Positions 1-9,365 of a stretch of 24,134 nt of DNA are shown here, piece after piece. The stretch spans positions 1-24,134 of the forward strand of contig NIVC01001042.1 in assembly GCA_002269645.1 (NCBI GenBank), given 5' to 3'. The notes below the pieces were generated by a model that had not been told where the DNA came from, ran no database searches, and saw only the letters and a program-made list of their open reading frames with translations. Every line of letters begins with the position of its first letter. Positions within the stretch are counted from its first letter, which is position 1. The stretch is from Macrostomum lignano (Eukaryota). The translations under genes were made by a program, and so were the position numbers.

Positions 1-409
1 CGCTCCAGTAGGTTCTCGATGTTCTTCATCGGATACGAGTCGAAGGCCACAAGCTCATTCAGCGCCTTGAAGTTGACAGTGAACCGGACTGAGCTGTCTT
101 TCTTGGCCACCAGACAGACCGGGGACAGTAGTCACTGTCAGATGGTTCGATCACGCCCGAGGTCCAGCATGCGTTGAATCTCCTCTTGGAGCACTGCTGA
201 TGCGCCTGCGGCTCCCGTCGCGGCCGGATGCGCACTACGCGGTCAGATGTCGTCCGGATACGGTGCTCCACTAGGTCAGTCCTGCCCGGGATCTCGCTGA
301 AGACGCCCGCGAAGTCCTGCACCAAGCTGCAGGAGACGATCTCTCTCGCCGGTGTCAGATGTTCGGACAACTCAGGAGCACTCGTAGCTGCCGCTGGAAG
401 CTGCATCAA
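1..409 (-). pseudogene. pol: Linker and N-terminal part of reverse transcriptase (frameshifted, runs off window)
   Basis: QDFAGVFSEIPGRTDLVEHRI..., GVIEPSDSDY, then in another frame LVAKKDSSVRFTVNFKALNELVAFDSYPMKNIENLLER. This is the typical Ty3/gypsy RT start (LV.KKDG..R...DFR.LN.....D.YPM). Confidence 0.85.
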
Positions 410-419
410 AACCGTCTCC

Positions 420-1690
420 CGTGAATTGTACTTCTTAAGCAGGTTGACATGAAACGTGTTTGTCCGCAGGGCCCATCCGGATCCGGTAGTTCACATTTGC
501 TGGCACCTCTCCAGTACTTCATAGGGACCGCGCCCATTCAGCGTGAAGCTTCTTGGATGACGATGGCAGCAGCAGCAGCACTGATCTCCGGGCTGCAACT
601 CTCGTTCCCGCGACTGCCGGTCGTACCAGAGTTTCTGACGCTTCCGTGCTAGCTCTTCGCTGTTCCGTGCCGCTTCCTGGCAGCCCGCAGTCGGTCTCTC
701 TGGGCAGCACGAACGAGATGATGTCCTTCTTCTCTTCGGAGAGCTGCTCATCCCAGGTCTGCCACAGTAGATCTAGCGGTCCCCGCACAGTGCGTCCGTA
801 CAGCAGTTCGAATGGGGAGAAGCCAGTTGTTTCGTTGGCACCTCCCGAATGGCGAACAGCAGAAACGGTAGGTACTGGTCGCCACTTATTTTTCTCGGGC
901 GAGCTGGTAGTCTCCTCAACATATTCTTGAGAGTGCCGTGAGAACCTCTCCACCAACGCCTGGCTTTGCGGATGGTACGGCGTCGACTGATGCCCTCGGC
1001 GACCCCGGTACACCGGTACAGGGCCTGCAGGCAGTGCTGATGAAATAAGTTAGTAACCCTTATCGCTCTGGATCTCCCTCGGGAATCCGGTCCTCACGAA
1101 GCAGTCCACCAATGCCTTCGCTACAGACTCAGCGTCGATCTTTCGCAGCGGGACTCCTTCGGGGAATCGAGTAGCCGCATCGATAATCGACAGGATGTAC
1201 TGGTGACCACTCGCAGTCCTCGTATCGGTCCACTGATATCGATGATAACTTTGGTGAAGGCCTCCTCCACTCCAGGCACTTGGACTAGTGGTACCTTGTG
1301 ATAGCCTGGGACTCGAGCCGTCTTCTGACACTGTGTCGCACGTTGCTACGAAGTCCTTCACGTCCTTTGTCATCGTTGGCCACCAGAATCGCTGTTCAGT
1401 CGTTGGCAAGTCTTCCTTGTTCCCAAGTGGCCGCGAATGCACTCTCATGGGCCTGGGACAGCGCCGTAGCACGCAGAGCCTTCGGAAGCACCAGTTGGTC
1501 GTCCTCTCCAGCTGCTCGATGCCGAAACAGTCTGCCGCGGCTTTCCTTCACCAAGTCGTTGGTTTGTACCGCTGCTTGCAACTCCTTGTCGTCTTGTAGG
1601 GCCGCCTCGTAATCCAATGTTATAGGGCGCATTGCAGTTTCTTGTCTCGTTTTGTTGTACTCTTGCCGTTGTTTACGCGCTTGGGCTCTA
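420..1690 (-). pseudogene. pol: Retrotransposon integrase, split over several frames
   Basis: LVLPKALRATALSQAHESAFA/GHLG...RFWWPTMTKDVKDFVATCDT (HHCC region), DISG, YILSIIDAATRFPEGVPLRKIDAESVAKAL, EIQSDKG, TPYHPQSQALVERF, FSPFELLYGRTVRGPLDLL, GPYEVLER, FHVNLLKKY. Confidence 0.9.
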
Positions 1691-1691
1691 G

Positions 1692-3092
1692 TTATTCTTG
1701 ATTTTTTTTGCCAGCCGGCTCCGGATCGATCTGGTTAAGGCCGCTAAGCCACGATGCCCTCCGCGAAAAGCCTCTCGTCCCCCTCTGACTGGGGCATTGG
1801 CGGTGCGGCGCACCCACCCCTTCTCTCTCATTGGCTGAGAGGGGTTGGCCGTGAACCCCCTCGCGCGTCTCTCTTCCAAGCACTGTACTCGGGGCGTCTC
1901 CACCCTCCAACTTGAGCTGGCTAATCAAATCCAGTCCAACCAGCGCGCTTACGGGTAGTGAGTCAGCCACACAAACCTCAGTGGTTCTATTGTAGCCCTT
2001 TAGGTGCAGCTCCACTTTAGCGATTGGAAGACGGTGTACGTCGCCGCCAAAACAACGCAATAATGCATGATGTCCTGTCCAATTAATGTTTTCAGGCAGA
2101 CAGCTACGCCGAATCGTAGTTCGATCAGCTCCAGTATCCATCAGGAACCGCAGTTCTTTGCCATCCGCATGTCCGGTAATGAACCTGCCCGAAGCAGCAT
2201 CCATAGCTCTTTCCTCTGAGGCCAAGTGGACATTGGCGGGCTTGTTGGTACACTGAAACTTCTTGTGGGGGCCTCCGCAGTTGAAGCAGCTAATCTTAGG
2301 CTTTAGGCTTTGCGGTCTCTGAATCGTCCTTTGTTTGTCCACAGCATTGGACGCCGTCGCCCCCTCAGCGGTCTCTTGGCTCGGGTGTCCTGGTGTTCCG
2401 CCGCCCTTGTCGCTGTTTCTTGCCATTGCGTAGTCATCGGCCAGTTTCGCAGCCTCTTTGATGTCCTTCGGTTTTCTCTCTCGCATCCACACCTGGAGTC
2501 CTCTTGTCAGAGAGTCCGTAAACTGCTCCAGAAGCACTTTCTGCCTGACGATGGAGTCGCCACTTATCAGTTCCTCTCTCTGATCCTCGTCCAGCCCAGC
2601 TGTCATCCATCGGACAAACAGGTCTTCCAGCTTCGTTGCGAACACCTGGAAGGTCTCTTCAGGCGCCTTCCGCAAAGACCGAAATCGCTGTCGGTAGGTC
2701 TCCTCGCCGATGTTGTATCTCGCTAAGATGGTCGCCTTTGCCAAGTCGTAGTACGCGCTCGCCGCTGTCGTCAGACTGTGGAATGCGCTCTGCGCAACGC
2801 CCGTCAGTAGCGGTGCCAGCCGAATCGTCCACTCTGACTTTTGCCATCCACACGATGCCGCTGCCCTTTCGAAGGTCATCAGGAATGCCTCGATGTCACC
2901 AGAGTCCGTCAGCTTAAACAGCTTGGGCTCCGCTGCTTGTGGTCGTGGCTTAGACTCGGCCAGGAGCTTCGTGAACTCCGCTTGCTGACGAGCCAGTTGC
3001 TCCAGGTAGAATGCTGACTGTCTTTCTTGCGCGCGAGTCATTTCTTGTAGCTGCTGACTCTGGTGCGTCAGGAGCATCTTCATTGTCTTCAT
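1692..3092 (-). CDS. gag: Retrotransposon Gag (SCAN-like capsid region, CX2CX3HX4C zinc knuckle) plus aspartic protease
   Basis: The 526-aa track ORF starts at TTG inside the LTR; the first ATG is at 3092. It contains DIEAFLMTFERAA...WTIRLAPLLTG, ETYRQRFR...LLEQF...WMRERKP...EAAKLADDY (SCAN-like), CFNCGGPHKKFQC (2288-2250) and FLMDTGADRTTI. The reading becomes aberrant after about 1900 (frameshift). Confidence 0.9.
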   Translation of the reverse strand: MKTMKMLLTHQSQQLQEMTRAQERQSAFYLEQLARQQAEFTKLLAESKPRPQAAEPKLFKLTDSGDIEAFLMTFERAAASCGWQKSEWTIRLAPLLTGVAQSAFHSLTTAASAYYDLAKATILARYNIGEETYRQRFRSLRKAPEETFQVFATKLEDLFVRWMTAGLDEDQREELISGDSIVRQKVLLEQFTDSLTRGLQVWMRERKPKDIKEAAKLADDYAMARNSDKGGGTPGHPSQETAEGATASNAVDKQRTIQRPQSLKPKISCFNCGGPHKKFQCTNKPANVHLASEERAMDAASGRFITGHADGKELRFLMDTGADRTTIRRSCLPENINWTGHHALLRCFGGDVHRLPIAKVELHLKGYNRTTEVCVADSLPVSALVGLDLISQLKLEGGDAPSTVLGRETREGVHGQPLSANEREGVGAPHRQCPSQRGTRGFSRRASWLSGLNQIDPEPAGKKNQE

Positions 3093-3214
3093 CAGATTCG
3101 CGCCCTCCAGCGTAGCTGAATCTTGGATTCCGCTGGCTTCTTCAGCATTGTCTTCGGAGCCTTCTCCGAGCGCCCCGTCTTGGGAACGCAGGTTGTACGG
3201 GTGCTTCGAGCCCG

Positions 3215-3228
3215 CACCGCTGTCACCA
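3215..3228 (-). promoter_or_regulatory. Primer-binding site, probably tRNA-Leu
   Basis: TGGTGACAGCGGTG directly follows the ...CA LTR end. It resembles the complement of the tRNA-Leu(AAG/TAG) 3' end (TGGTGGCAGCGGTG, recalled from vertebrate tRNAs; 13/14 match). Confidence 0.65.
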
Positions 3229-3229
3229 A

Positions 3230-3388
3230 TGTTGCATTCTTGTAAATAAATAAGAATGAGATGATTGTCCAAAGGCTCCTAACGGAGCCGCAACAAAGAG
3301 AAAAACAAGTATCGCCCTCTGGCGCGCACCAGGTCTATTTATAGACTTATCAAAAATGGGGTGGCACAAAGAAAAGTCCACCGTCACA
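3230..3388 (-). repeat. Putative 5' LTR (about 159 bp)
   Basis: Minus strand starts TGTGACGG (3388) and ends ATGCAACA (3230), giving TGT...ACA termini. It contains CTATAAATAG (TATA-like, 3344-3335) and is followed after 1 nt by a TGG-initiated PBS. The partner LTR is outside the window, so the upstream boundary is inferred. Confidence 0.55.
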
Positions 3389-3773
3389 CGTACGTTTCTT
3401 GAATGTGTACAGATATTATTTATATTTATTTATTTGTTATACGTATGTTTCAGCACCAGCCCCCATGCCGATATTTTTTCAGCATCGACTCTATTTATTT
3501 AAAAAGGTTACTTTTTTGCAAAATAAGTATAAAGTTATCAACAGTCTCTCTCCAGGGAGAGTGTGCTTGGTTTTTTAGTTCGTTCTGGCTCGTAGTCTAA
3601 AAGAAAGTCTCTTATTGCGCAGAGTCAGTTTATTGCATAAATCTTCGAAACAGTCCACGGCGCCTTCCAAAGACCGAAACCGCGTCTATCTCGCGTCCCT
3701 GATAAGATGTAAAATCTACCCTGTCTTCTATATATTCTGGGTGCCTGTCTGTCTGTCTTTGATGTCACCAGCC

Positions 3774-3977
3774 TTCTGCGTCACCACCCTTCTGCGTCAC
3801 CACCCTTCTGCGTCACCACCCTTCTGCGTCACCACCCTTCTGCGTCACCACCCTTCTGCGTCACCACCCTTCTGCGTCACCACCTTCTGCGTCACCACCC
3901 TTCTGCGTCACCACCCTTCTGCGTCACCACCCTTCTGCGTCACCACCCTTCTGCGTCACCACCCTTCTGCGTCACCA
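3774..3977. repeat. 16-bp tandem repeat (TTCTGCGTCACCACCC)n, about 13 copies
   Basis: Directly visible; explains the FCVTTLLRHHPSASPP periodicity of ORF 3615..4010. Confidence 0.95.
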
Positions 3978-4108
3978 TCCCTCTGCCATGAGCATCCTCG
4001 GGCGCCATGAAGTTCCAGGTGCCTTTTGGCTGGTTGCCTGCGCTCAGACTGCAGGTTTTGACTAGTTCACCAACTGTCGCCTCATCATTTCTCACCGAGT
4101 CTCCTCAG

Positions 4109-4202
4109 GCAGTCCGACCGGAGTCGGCCCAGGCGGCTGGACGCTCTGTCGAGCTCGTGGGCGGGGACGCGGAGCTGCAGCGCTGTAGGAAGAGTTTTAC
4201 GA
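4109..4202 (+). CDS. Possible internal exon of a coiled-coil protein gene
   Basis: GC-rich block bounded by tctcctcAG and GTgagc. One frame ends in phase 0 (...VGRVLR), compatible with the exon at 4451. Confidence 0.3.
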
Positions 4203-4276
4203 GTGAGCCGTTAAAAATGTCTGGGTCGCCAAGACGGCACTTAAACTCTGCTAATGCTTCGTGAATAAGAAGCCCA

Positions 4277-4425
4277 ACCAGATCCCACCTAAGCACACCC
4301 AGATCCCACTTGAGCACACCCAGATCCCACTTGAGCACACTCAGATGCCACCCAGATCCCACTTGAGCACACCCAGATCCCACCTGAGCACACCCAGATC
4401 ACACCTGAGCACAACCAGATCTCAG
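4277..4425. repeat. 21-bp tandem repeat (CACCCAGATCCCACTTGAGCA)n, about 7 degenerate copies, probably intronic
   Basis: Directly visible; explains the repetitive ORFs 4105..4383 and 4261..4476. Confidence 0.9.
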
Positions 4426-4450
4426 CAGACCCCAGCCCCAATGCCCTCAG

Positions 4451-4814
4451 GACCAGCACGAAGAGCACCTCACTGAGTCAGTCGCCAGCTCGAGCTGTGC
4501 CAACGCCGCGGCGAGGCGAGAGTCGCCCGCCTGAACGAGAGGCTGGGCGAGGCGACGGCGAGGCTGGACCAGCAGGACGCCGTCATCGCCGCCCTGACAG
4601 CCGAGCGGGATGAAGCCCGGCTGCAGCTGGCGGCTCTGGAGGCCAGACCGGCCGATGCTCAGCTTGCTGATGACGCTTTGAGAGCCGAGCAGCTGCTGAG
4701 GCTGAGGCGCGTCGGCGACTTCCGGCAGGGACTTCGGGCGGCTCGGGAGGGCGGCGACGTGGCGGCCTGCGGCGGCGGCGAAGTCGAAGCGCCTGCGGAG
4801 GCGGCGCCGAGCGG
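4451..4814 (+). CDS. Probable internal exon encoding a coiled-coil segment (not in the ORF track)
   Basis: Acceptor ccctcAG (4450) and donor GTgagg (4815). It reads DQHEEHLTE, then with one G restored at about 4477, VSRQLELCQRRGEARVARLNERLGEATARLDQQDAVIAALTAERDEARLQLAALEARPADAQLADDALRAEQLLRLRRVGDFRQGLRAAREGG... with GC-rich codons and heptad-like L/A/E/R composition. Confidence 0.55.
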
Positions 4815-4984
4815 GTGAGGGCGGGGGCCGACGGGGTCATTTGAGGTCACGGTTAAAGAGCGGGTGAGGGAGCCGGGTCAATTAGGGTCACGTTATAATT
4901 ATTGGTTCGTTTTAGGCATATTTTCAAAATCTCTAGAGCCTTTTCTGTTTTATTGCTGTGGGGTCATATAAGGTTATAAGGTTA

Positions 4985-5345
4985 GGCTGTAGCTTACATC
5001 TGTGGTGTCATCTAGCTTCATGATTAGGTCTATGAGGTCATCTAAGGTCATGCTTACATCTGTGGTGTCATCTAGCTTCATGATTAGGTCTATGAGGTCA
5101 TCTAAAGTCATGCTTACATTTGTGGTGTCATCTAGCTTCATGATTAGGTCTATGAGGTCATCTAAGGTCATGCTTACATCTGTGGTGTCATCTAGCTTCA
5201 TGATAAGGTCTATGAGGTCATATAAGGTCATGATTAAGTTGGTGGGGTCGTCTAAGGTCAGGTCTGTTGGGTCATCTAAGGTAATGCTTAGGTCTGTGGG
5301 GTCATGCAATGTCATGGTTAGATCTGTGGGTTCATCTAAGGTCAT
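4985..5345. repeat. Tandem repeat: about 4 copies of a 60-bp unit (dimer of related 30-mers) grading into degenerate 30-bp monomers
   Basis: Unit TACATCTGTGGTGTCATCTAGCTTCATGATTAGGTCTATGAGGTCATCTAAGGTCATGCT; explains ORFs 4974..5345 and 5002..5409. Confidence 0.93.
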
Positions 5346-5533
5346 TTGTAGTTCAGGTCAATTCAGAGGCTCCAATGAGGCAGTCCATTCTTTGCAGACA
5401 TTCATTTGACACCCCTGAGCTGATTAAACAACATTTTTAATCCCGCAGCTGTCAGGGATTTTCCGAATGAGCCGCTGAGGTCACCGCCTGAGCATCCCGC
5501 ATTTCACTGACCAAGTCTGCATCCGGTGCAGCC

Positions 5534-5707
5534 AGCTGTGCCACTGCAAGTACTGAATATGGCTCGCTTGACTGCAATCTGCATGAATTTGTGTCTGACT
5601 TTGCTGCCTTCACTTCACCCAGCTGTGCTACTGCAAGTACTGAATATGGCTCGCTTGACTGCAGTCTGCATGAATTTGTGTCTGACTTTGCTGCCTTCAA
5701 TTCACCC
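5534..5707. repeat. 87-bp direct tandem duplication (2 copies)
   Basis: AGCTGTGC(C/T)ACTGCAAGTACTGAATATGG... starts at 5534 and again at 5621, with few mismatches. Confidence 0.93.
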
Positions 5708-5860
5708 TGCTGTGGCACCTCATCAATGGCACTTTGTGCTCAAATGCAGTTTAGTTATAAATTTATTAATAATTTTGCATTTGTACTCACGGCTTATTTT
5801 GCTAATCTTTATCCACAGTTTAGGTGTGCATTTTGTAATCCACCTTTGATAATCTTAGGA

Positions 5861-6000
5861 ATTATTTATCTGGTGCAACAGACTGACACAGCAGTTCTGC
5901 ATTAATCATTTTTATTCACCTGCATTGCTCAGATAAAATCATTGCTGTTTCAATTTCTCTGCCATCAATATTGGATGGCACTGCAGTGCAGCAATGTAAA
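5861..6000 (+). repeat. Dispersed repeat copy 1 (homologous to 8933-9076)
   Basis: ATTATTTATC(T/C)GGTGCAACAGACTG..CAGCAGTTCTGCATTAAT...CTGCATTGCTCA.ATAAAA..ATTGCTGTTTCAAT...GCAATGTAAA shared, roughly 75-80% identical by eye. Confidence 0.85.
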
Positions 6001-6010
6001 GTATGTGCAC

Positions 6011-6345
6011 GCAGCCATTGCTCATGTGCCATGACCCATATCTCATGCACGCAGCCATTGCTCATGTGCCATGACCCATATCTCATGCACACAGCCATTG
6101 CCCATGTGCCATGACCCATATCTCATGCACACAGCCATTGCCCATGTGCCATGACCCACATCTCATGCACACAGCCATTGCTCATGTGCCATGACCCACA
6201 TCTCATGCACACAGCCATTGCTCATGTGCCATGACCCATATCTCATGCACACAGCCATTGCTCATGTGCTATGACCCATATCTCATGCACACAGCCATTG
6301 CCCATGTGCCATGACCCACATCTCATGCACACAGCCATTGCTCAT
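6011..6345. repeat. 40-bp tandem repeat, about 8.4 copies
   Basis: (A/G)CAGCCATTGC(T/C)CATGTGCCATGACCCA(T/C)ATCTCATGCAC recurs at 6011, 6051, 6091 ... 6331. Confidence 0.95.
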
Positions 6346-6364
6346 CCATGTCATGAAAGGCTTT

Positions 6365-7998
6365 GATGTAGGATGGGGGGCAGGGAGAGAGACAGGCTGG
6401 GATGTAGGGTGAGGGGCAGGGAGAGAGACAGGCTGGGATGTAGGGTGAGGGGCAGGGAGAGAGACAGGCTGGGGGGCAGGGAGAGAGACAGGCTGGGATG
6501 CAGGGTGAGGGCAGGGAGAGAGACAGGCTGGGATGTAGGGTGAGGGGCAGGGAGAGAGACAGGCTGGGATGCAGGGTGAGGGCAGGGAGAGAGACAGGCT
6601 GGGATGTAGGGTGAGGGGCAGGGAGAGAGACAGGCTGGGATGTAGGGTGAGGGGCAGGGAGAGAGACAGGCTGGGATGTAGGGTGAGGGGCAGGGAGAGG
6701 CAGGCTGGGATGCAGGGTGAGGGCAGGGAGAGAGACAGGCTGGGATGTAGGGTGAGGGCAGGGAGAGAGACAGGCTGGGATGTAGGGTGAGGGGCAGGGA
6801 GAGAGACAGGCTGGGATGTAGGGTGAGGGGCAGGGAGAGAGACAGGCTGGGATGTAGGATGGGGGGCAGGGAGAGAGACAGGCTGGGATGTAGGGTGAGG
6901 GGCAGGGAGAGAGACAGGCTGGGATGTAGGATGGGGGGCAGGGAGAGAGACAGGCTGGGATGTAGGGTGAGGGGCAGGGAGAGAGACAGGCTGGGATGTA
7001 GGGTGAGGGGCAGGGAGAGAGACAGGCTGGGATGTAGGGTGAGGGGCAGGGAGAGAGACAGGCTGGGATGTAGGGTGAGGGGCAGGGAGAGAGACAGGCT
7101 GGGATGTAGGGTGAGGGGCAGGGAGAGAGACAGGCTGGGATGTAGGGTGAGGGGCAGGGAGAGAGACAGGCTGGGATGTAGGATGGGGGGCAGGGAGAGA
7201 GACAGGCTGGGATGTAGGGTGAGGGGCAGGGAGAGAGACAGGCTGGGATGTAGGGTGAGGGCAGGGAGAGAGACAGGCTGGGATGTAGGATGGGGGCAGG
7301 GAGAGAGACAGGCTGGGATGTAGGGTGAGGGGCAGGGAGAGAGACAGGCTGGGATGCAGGGTGAGGGCAGGGAGAGAGACAGGCTGGGATGTAGGGTGAG
7401 GGCAGGGAGAGAGACAGGCTGGGATGCAGGGTGAGGGCAGGGAGAGAGACAGGCTGGGATGTAGGGTGAGGGGCAGGGAGAGAGACAGGCTGGGATGTAG
7501 GGTGAGGGGCAGGGAGAGAGACAGGCTGGGATGTAGGATGGGGGCAGGGAGAGAGACAGGCTGGGATGTAGGGTGAGGGGCAGGGAGAGAGACAGGCTGG
7601 GATGTAGGGTGAGGGCAGGGAGAGAGACAGGCTGGGATGTAGGGTGAGGGGCAGGGAGAGAGACAGGCTGGGATGTAGGATGGGGGCAGGGAGAGAGACA
7701 GGCTGGGATGTAGGATGGGGGCAGGGAGAGAGACAGGCTGGGATTTAGGATGGGGGCAGGGAGAGAGACAGGCTGGGATGTAGGATGGGGGCAGGGAGAG
7801 AGACAGGCTGGGATGTAGGGTGAGGGGCAGGGAGAGAGACAGGCTGGGATGTAGGGTGAGGGCAGGGAGAGAGACAGGCTGGGGGGCAGGGAGAGAGACA
7901 GGCTGGGATGCAGGGTGAGGGGCAGGGCGAGAGACAGGCTGGGATGTAGGATGGGGGGCAGGGAGAGAGACAGGCTGGGATGTAGGATGGGGGGCAGG
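6365..7998. repeat. Purine-rich 35/36-bp minisatellite (GGGGCAGGGAGAGAGACAGGCTGGGATGTAGGGTGA)n, about 45 copies
   Basis: Directly visible; extreme G/A strand bias; source of ORFs 6283..8091, 6569..6790, 6787..7323 and 7745..8041. Confidence 0.97.
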
Positions 7999-8367
7999 GC
8001 TGGCCAATGGGAGGGGCCAAATATCTATACTGATTGGACACCCAAATACCCCCAAAATCGCGAATAAAACAGCTGTCATCAATCCAATCACTTCATCAGT
8101 TCATAACTTTCATCACTTCTTGGCCCTATTGGGTATATAGTCGTCCAGGTCAAAAGTACTTTTAAATCTCCGCAAACAATATCGCTTACAATACGCTACT
8201 CATAGTACTCAAAAGAATATCATTTTCCATTAAAGAGAAGAGCTGCATTGTATTCTCCAGAAATTCGTTTGCACCTGAAGATTCGCTATGCGCCTTGCGC
8301 TCTTGGGGGTGGGCACTCAGTTTTGGAATTTTCCAGTGTCTCTTCGGTGCACTTCACCTTGCAACAC

Positions 8368-8405
8368 TCTCTCCCTCTCTCTCTCTCTCCCTCTCTCTCT
8401 CTCTC
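8368..8405. repeat. Interrupted (CT)n microsatellite
   Basis: ctctccctctctctctctctccctctctctctctctct. Confidence 0.85.
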
Positions 8406-8932
8406 TGCCCAGCTTTTGTTGTTTTGTTGCGCATCTGTAAAAATTCAATTCTATTGCACATTCGAGTCAGCCTTACCATCACTTTCACTGTCCTGCCTTT
8501 GGCTTATAAAAAACTGGCTTCTCAAGCATTCTGTTGCATTGAGTAGCAACTGCTCGCTCAGCTCGGGTTTCGTTTAGCTGCGAGATTGAGCAGTCCTGCT
8601 CACTGGCCTCTCTTAGCCAGCTGCGCGCATGTCAACTGACAGAATTCAGCAATTCACCCTCGCTTTGACCCACTGACCAGATGCTCCACCTTTCTTTTTG
8701 TATTTTTGTCTTCAAAAGTCCAGAAGCAACAGCCAATCAGATTTTGCTTTCGATGCATAGCTTTTTAGCGGCGATGAAAGTGAAAATTGAATACGATTTG
8801 TTATTTCGAATACGTTGGACTAACCTTAGAAAATTAGAAACAGTCCATCACAGGCGCGTGAGGTTGGTGCTGACTCACACAGCCTTTCTTCAGGTAGCTG
8901 ACTGCTCACACAGCCAGTGCAGTTACATGTAC

Positions 8933-9076
8933 ATTATTTATCCGGTGCAACAGACTGGCTCAGCAGTTCTGCATTAATAATCTAGTTTTTCATCTGCATT
9001 GCTCAAATAAAAGTATTGCTGTTTCAATGTTTCTGTCAGATCACTAATGGATGATAATGCAGAGTTGCAATGTAAA
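8933..9076 (+). repeat. Dispersed repeat copy 2 (homologous to 5861-6000)
   Basis: Same orientation as copy 1; the track ORFs end IIYLVQQTDTAVLH and IIYPVQQTGSAVLH. Confidence 0.85.
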
Positions 9077-9365
9077 TCATGGACATGTGTCATGATCATA
9101 TTTAAATCATGTGTCAATTTATGAAATTTGGTAGATAATATTGAAGTGGTAGATGAAACTTAAGTAATAGCAGCATGTGTATAGATAATATATTGTCACT
9201 TAAAAGACTCACATTTTAAAATATTTCTACATTTTCTGTATAATATGCAGTTTAATGTAGTTTATCAGAGCCTAGTCTAGTTTAGTAGGTCCGTTTTGTT
9301 AAACCTCTTTCCTGGGTTAAGATTTGATAATTTAATACCGACTGTTTTTGTTCGTCCTGCTGTAG

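Larger units (their letters stand above)
1..3388 (-). mobile_element. Ty3/gypsy LTR retrotransposon, Gmr1-like (5' LTR, PBS, SCAN-like gag, protease, integrase, start of RT); truncated by the left window edge; many frameshifts
   Basis: Minus-strand order: putative LTR 3388-3230, PBS 3228-3215, Gag with SCAN-like segment and zinc knuckle, protease DTG (2138-2130), integrase HHCC/DDE/GPY motifs (about 1500-420), RT N-terminus (about 330-1). Confidence 0.93.

Noticed and set aside
3990-4110. Minus-strand GTWNFMAPE resembling a kinase activation segment, near a weakly ASK1-like phrase in ORF 4105..4383
   Set aside because: No DFG, HRD or other kinase motifs, an intervening stop, and better splice and codon support for plus-strand exons.
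4974-5409. Asp/Leu-rich and Ser-rich repeat ORFs on both strands
   Set aside because: Produced by the 30/60-bp tandem repeat; no domain signal.
3774-6345. Short direct-repeat arrays that could be mistaken for CRISPR
   Set aside because: Head-to-tail repeats without unique spacers, no cas genes, eukaryotic context.
6569-8041. Arg/Gly-rich and Pro-rich ORFs (6569..6790, 6787..7323, 7745..8041)
   Set aside because: By-products of the 36-bp minisatellite.
8541-8620. Imperfect inverted repeat (TGCTCGCTCAGCT ... AGCTGCGAGATTGAGCA)
   Set aside because: Short and mismatched; no support for an RNA gene or MITE.
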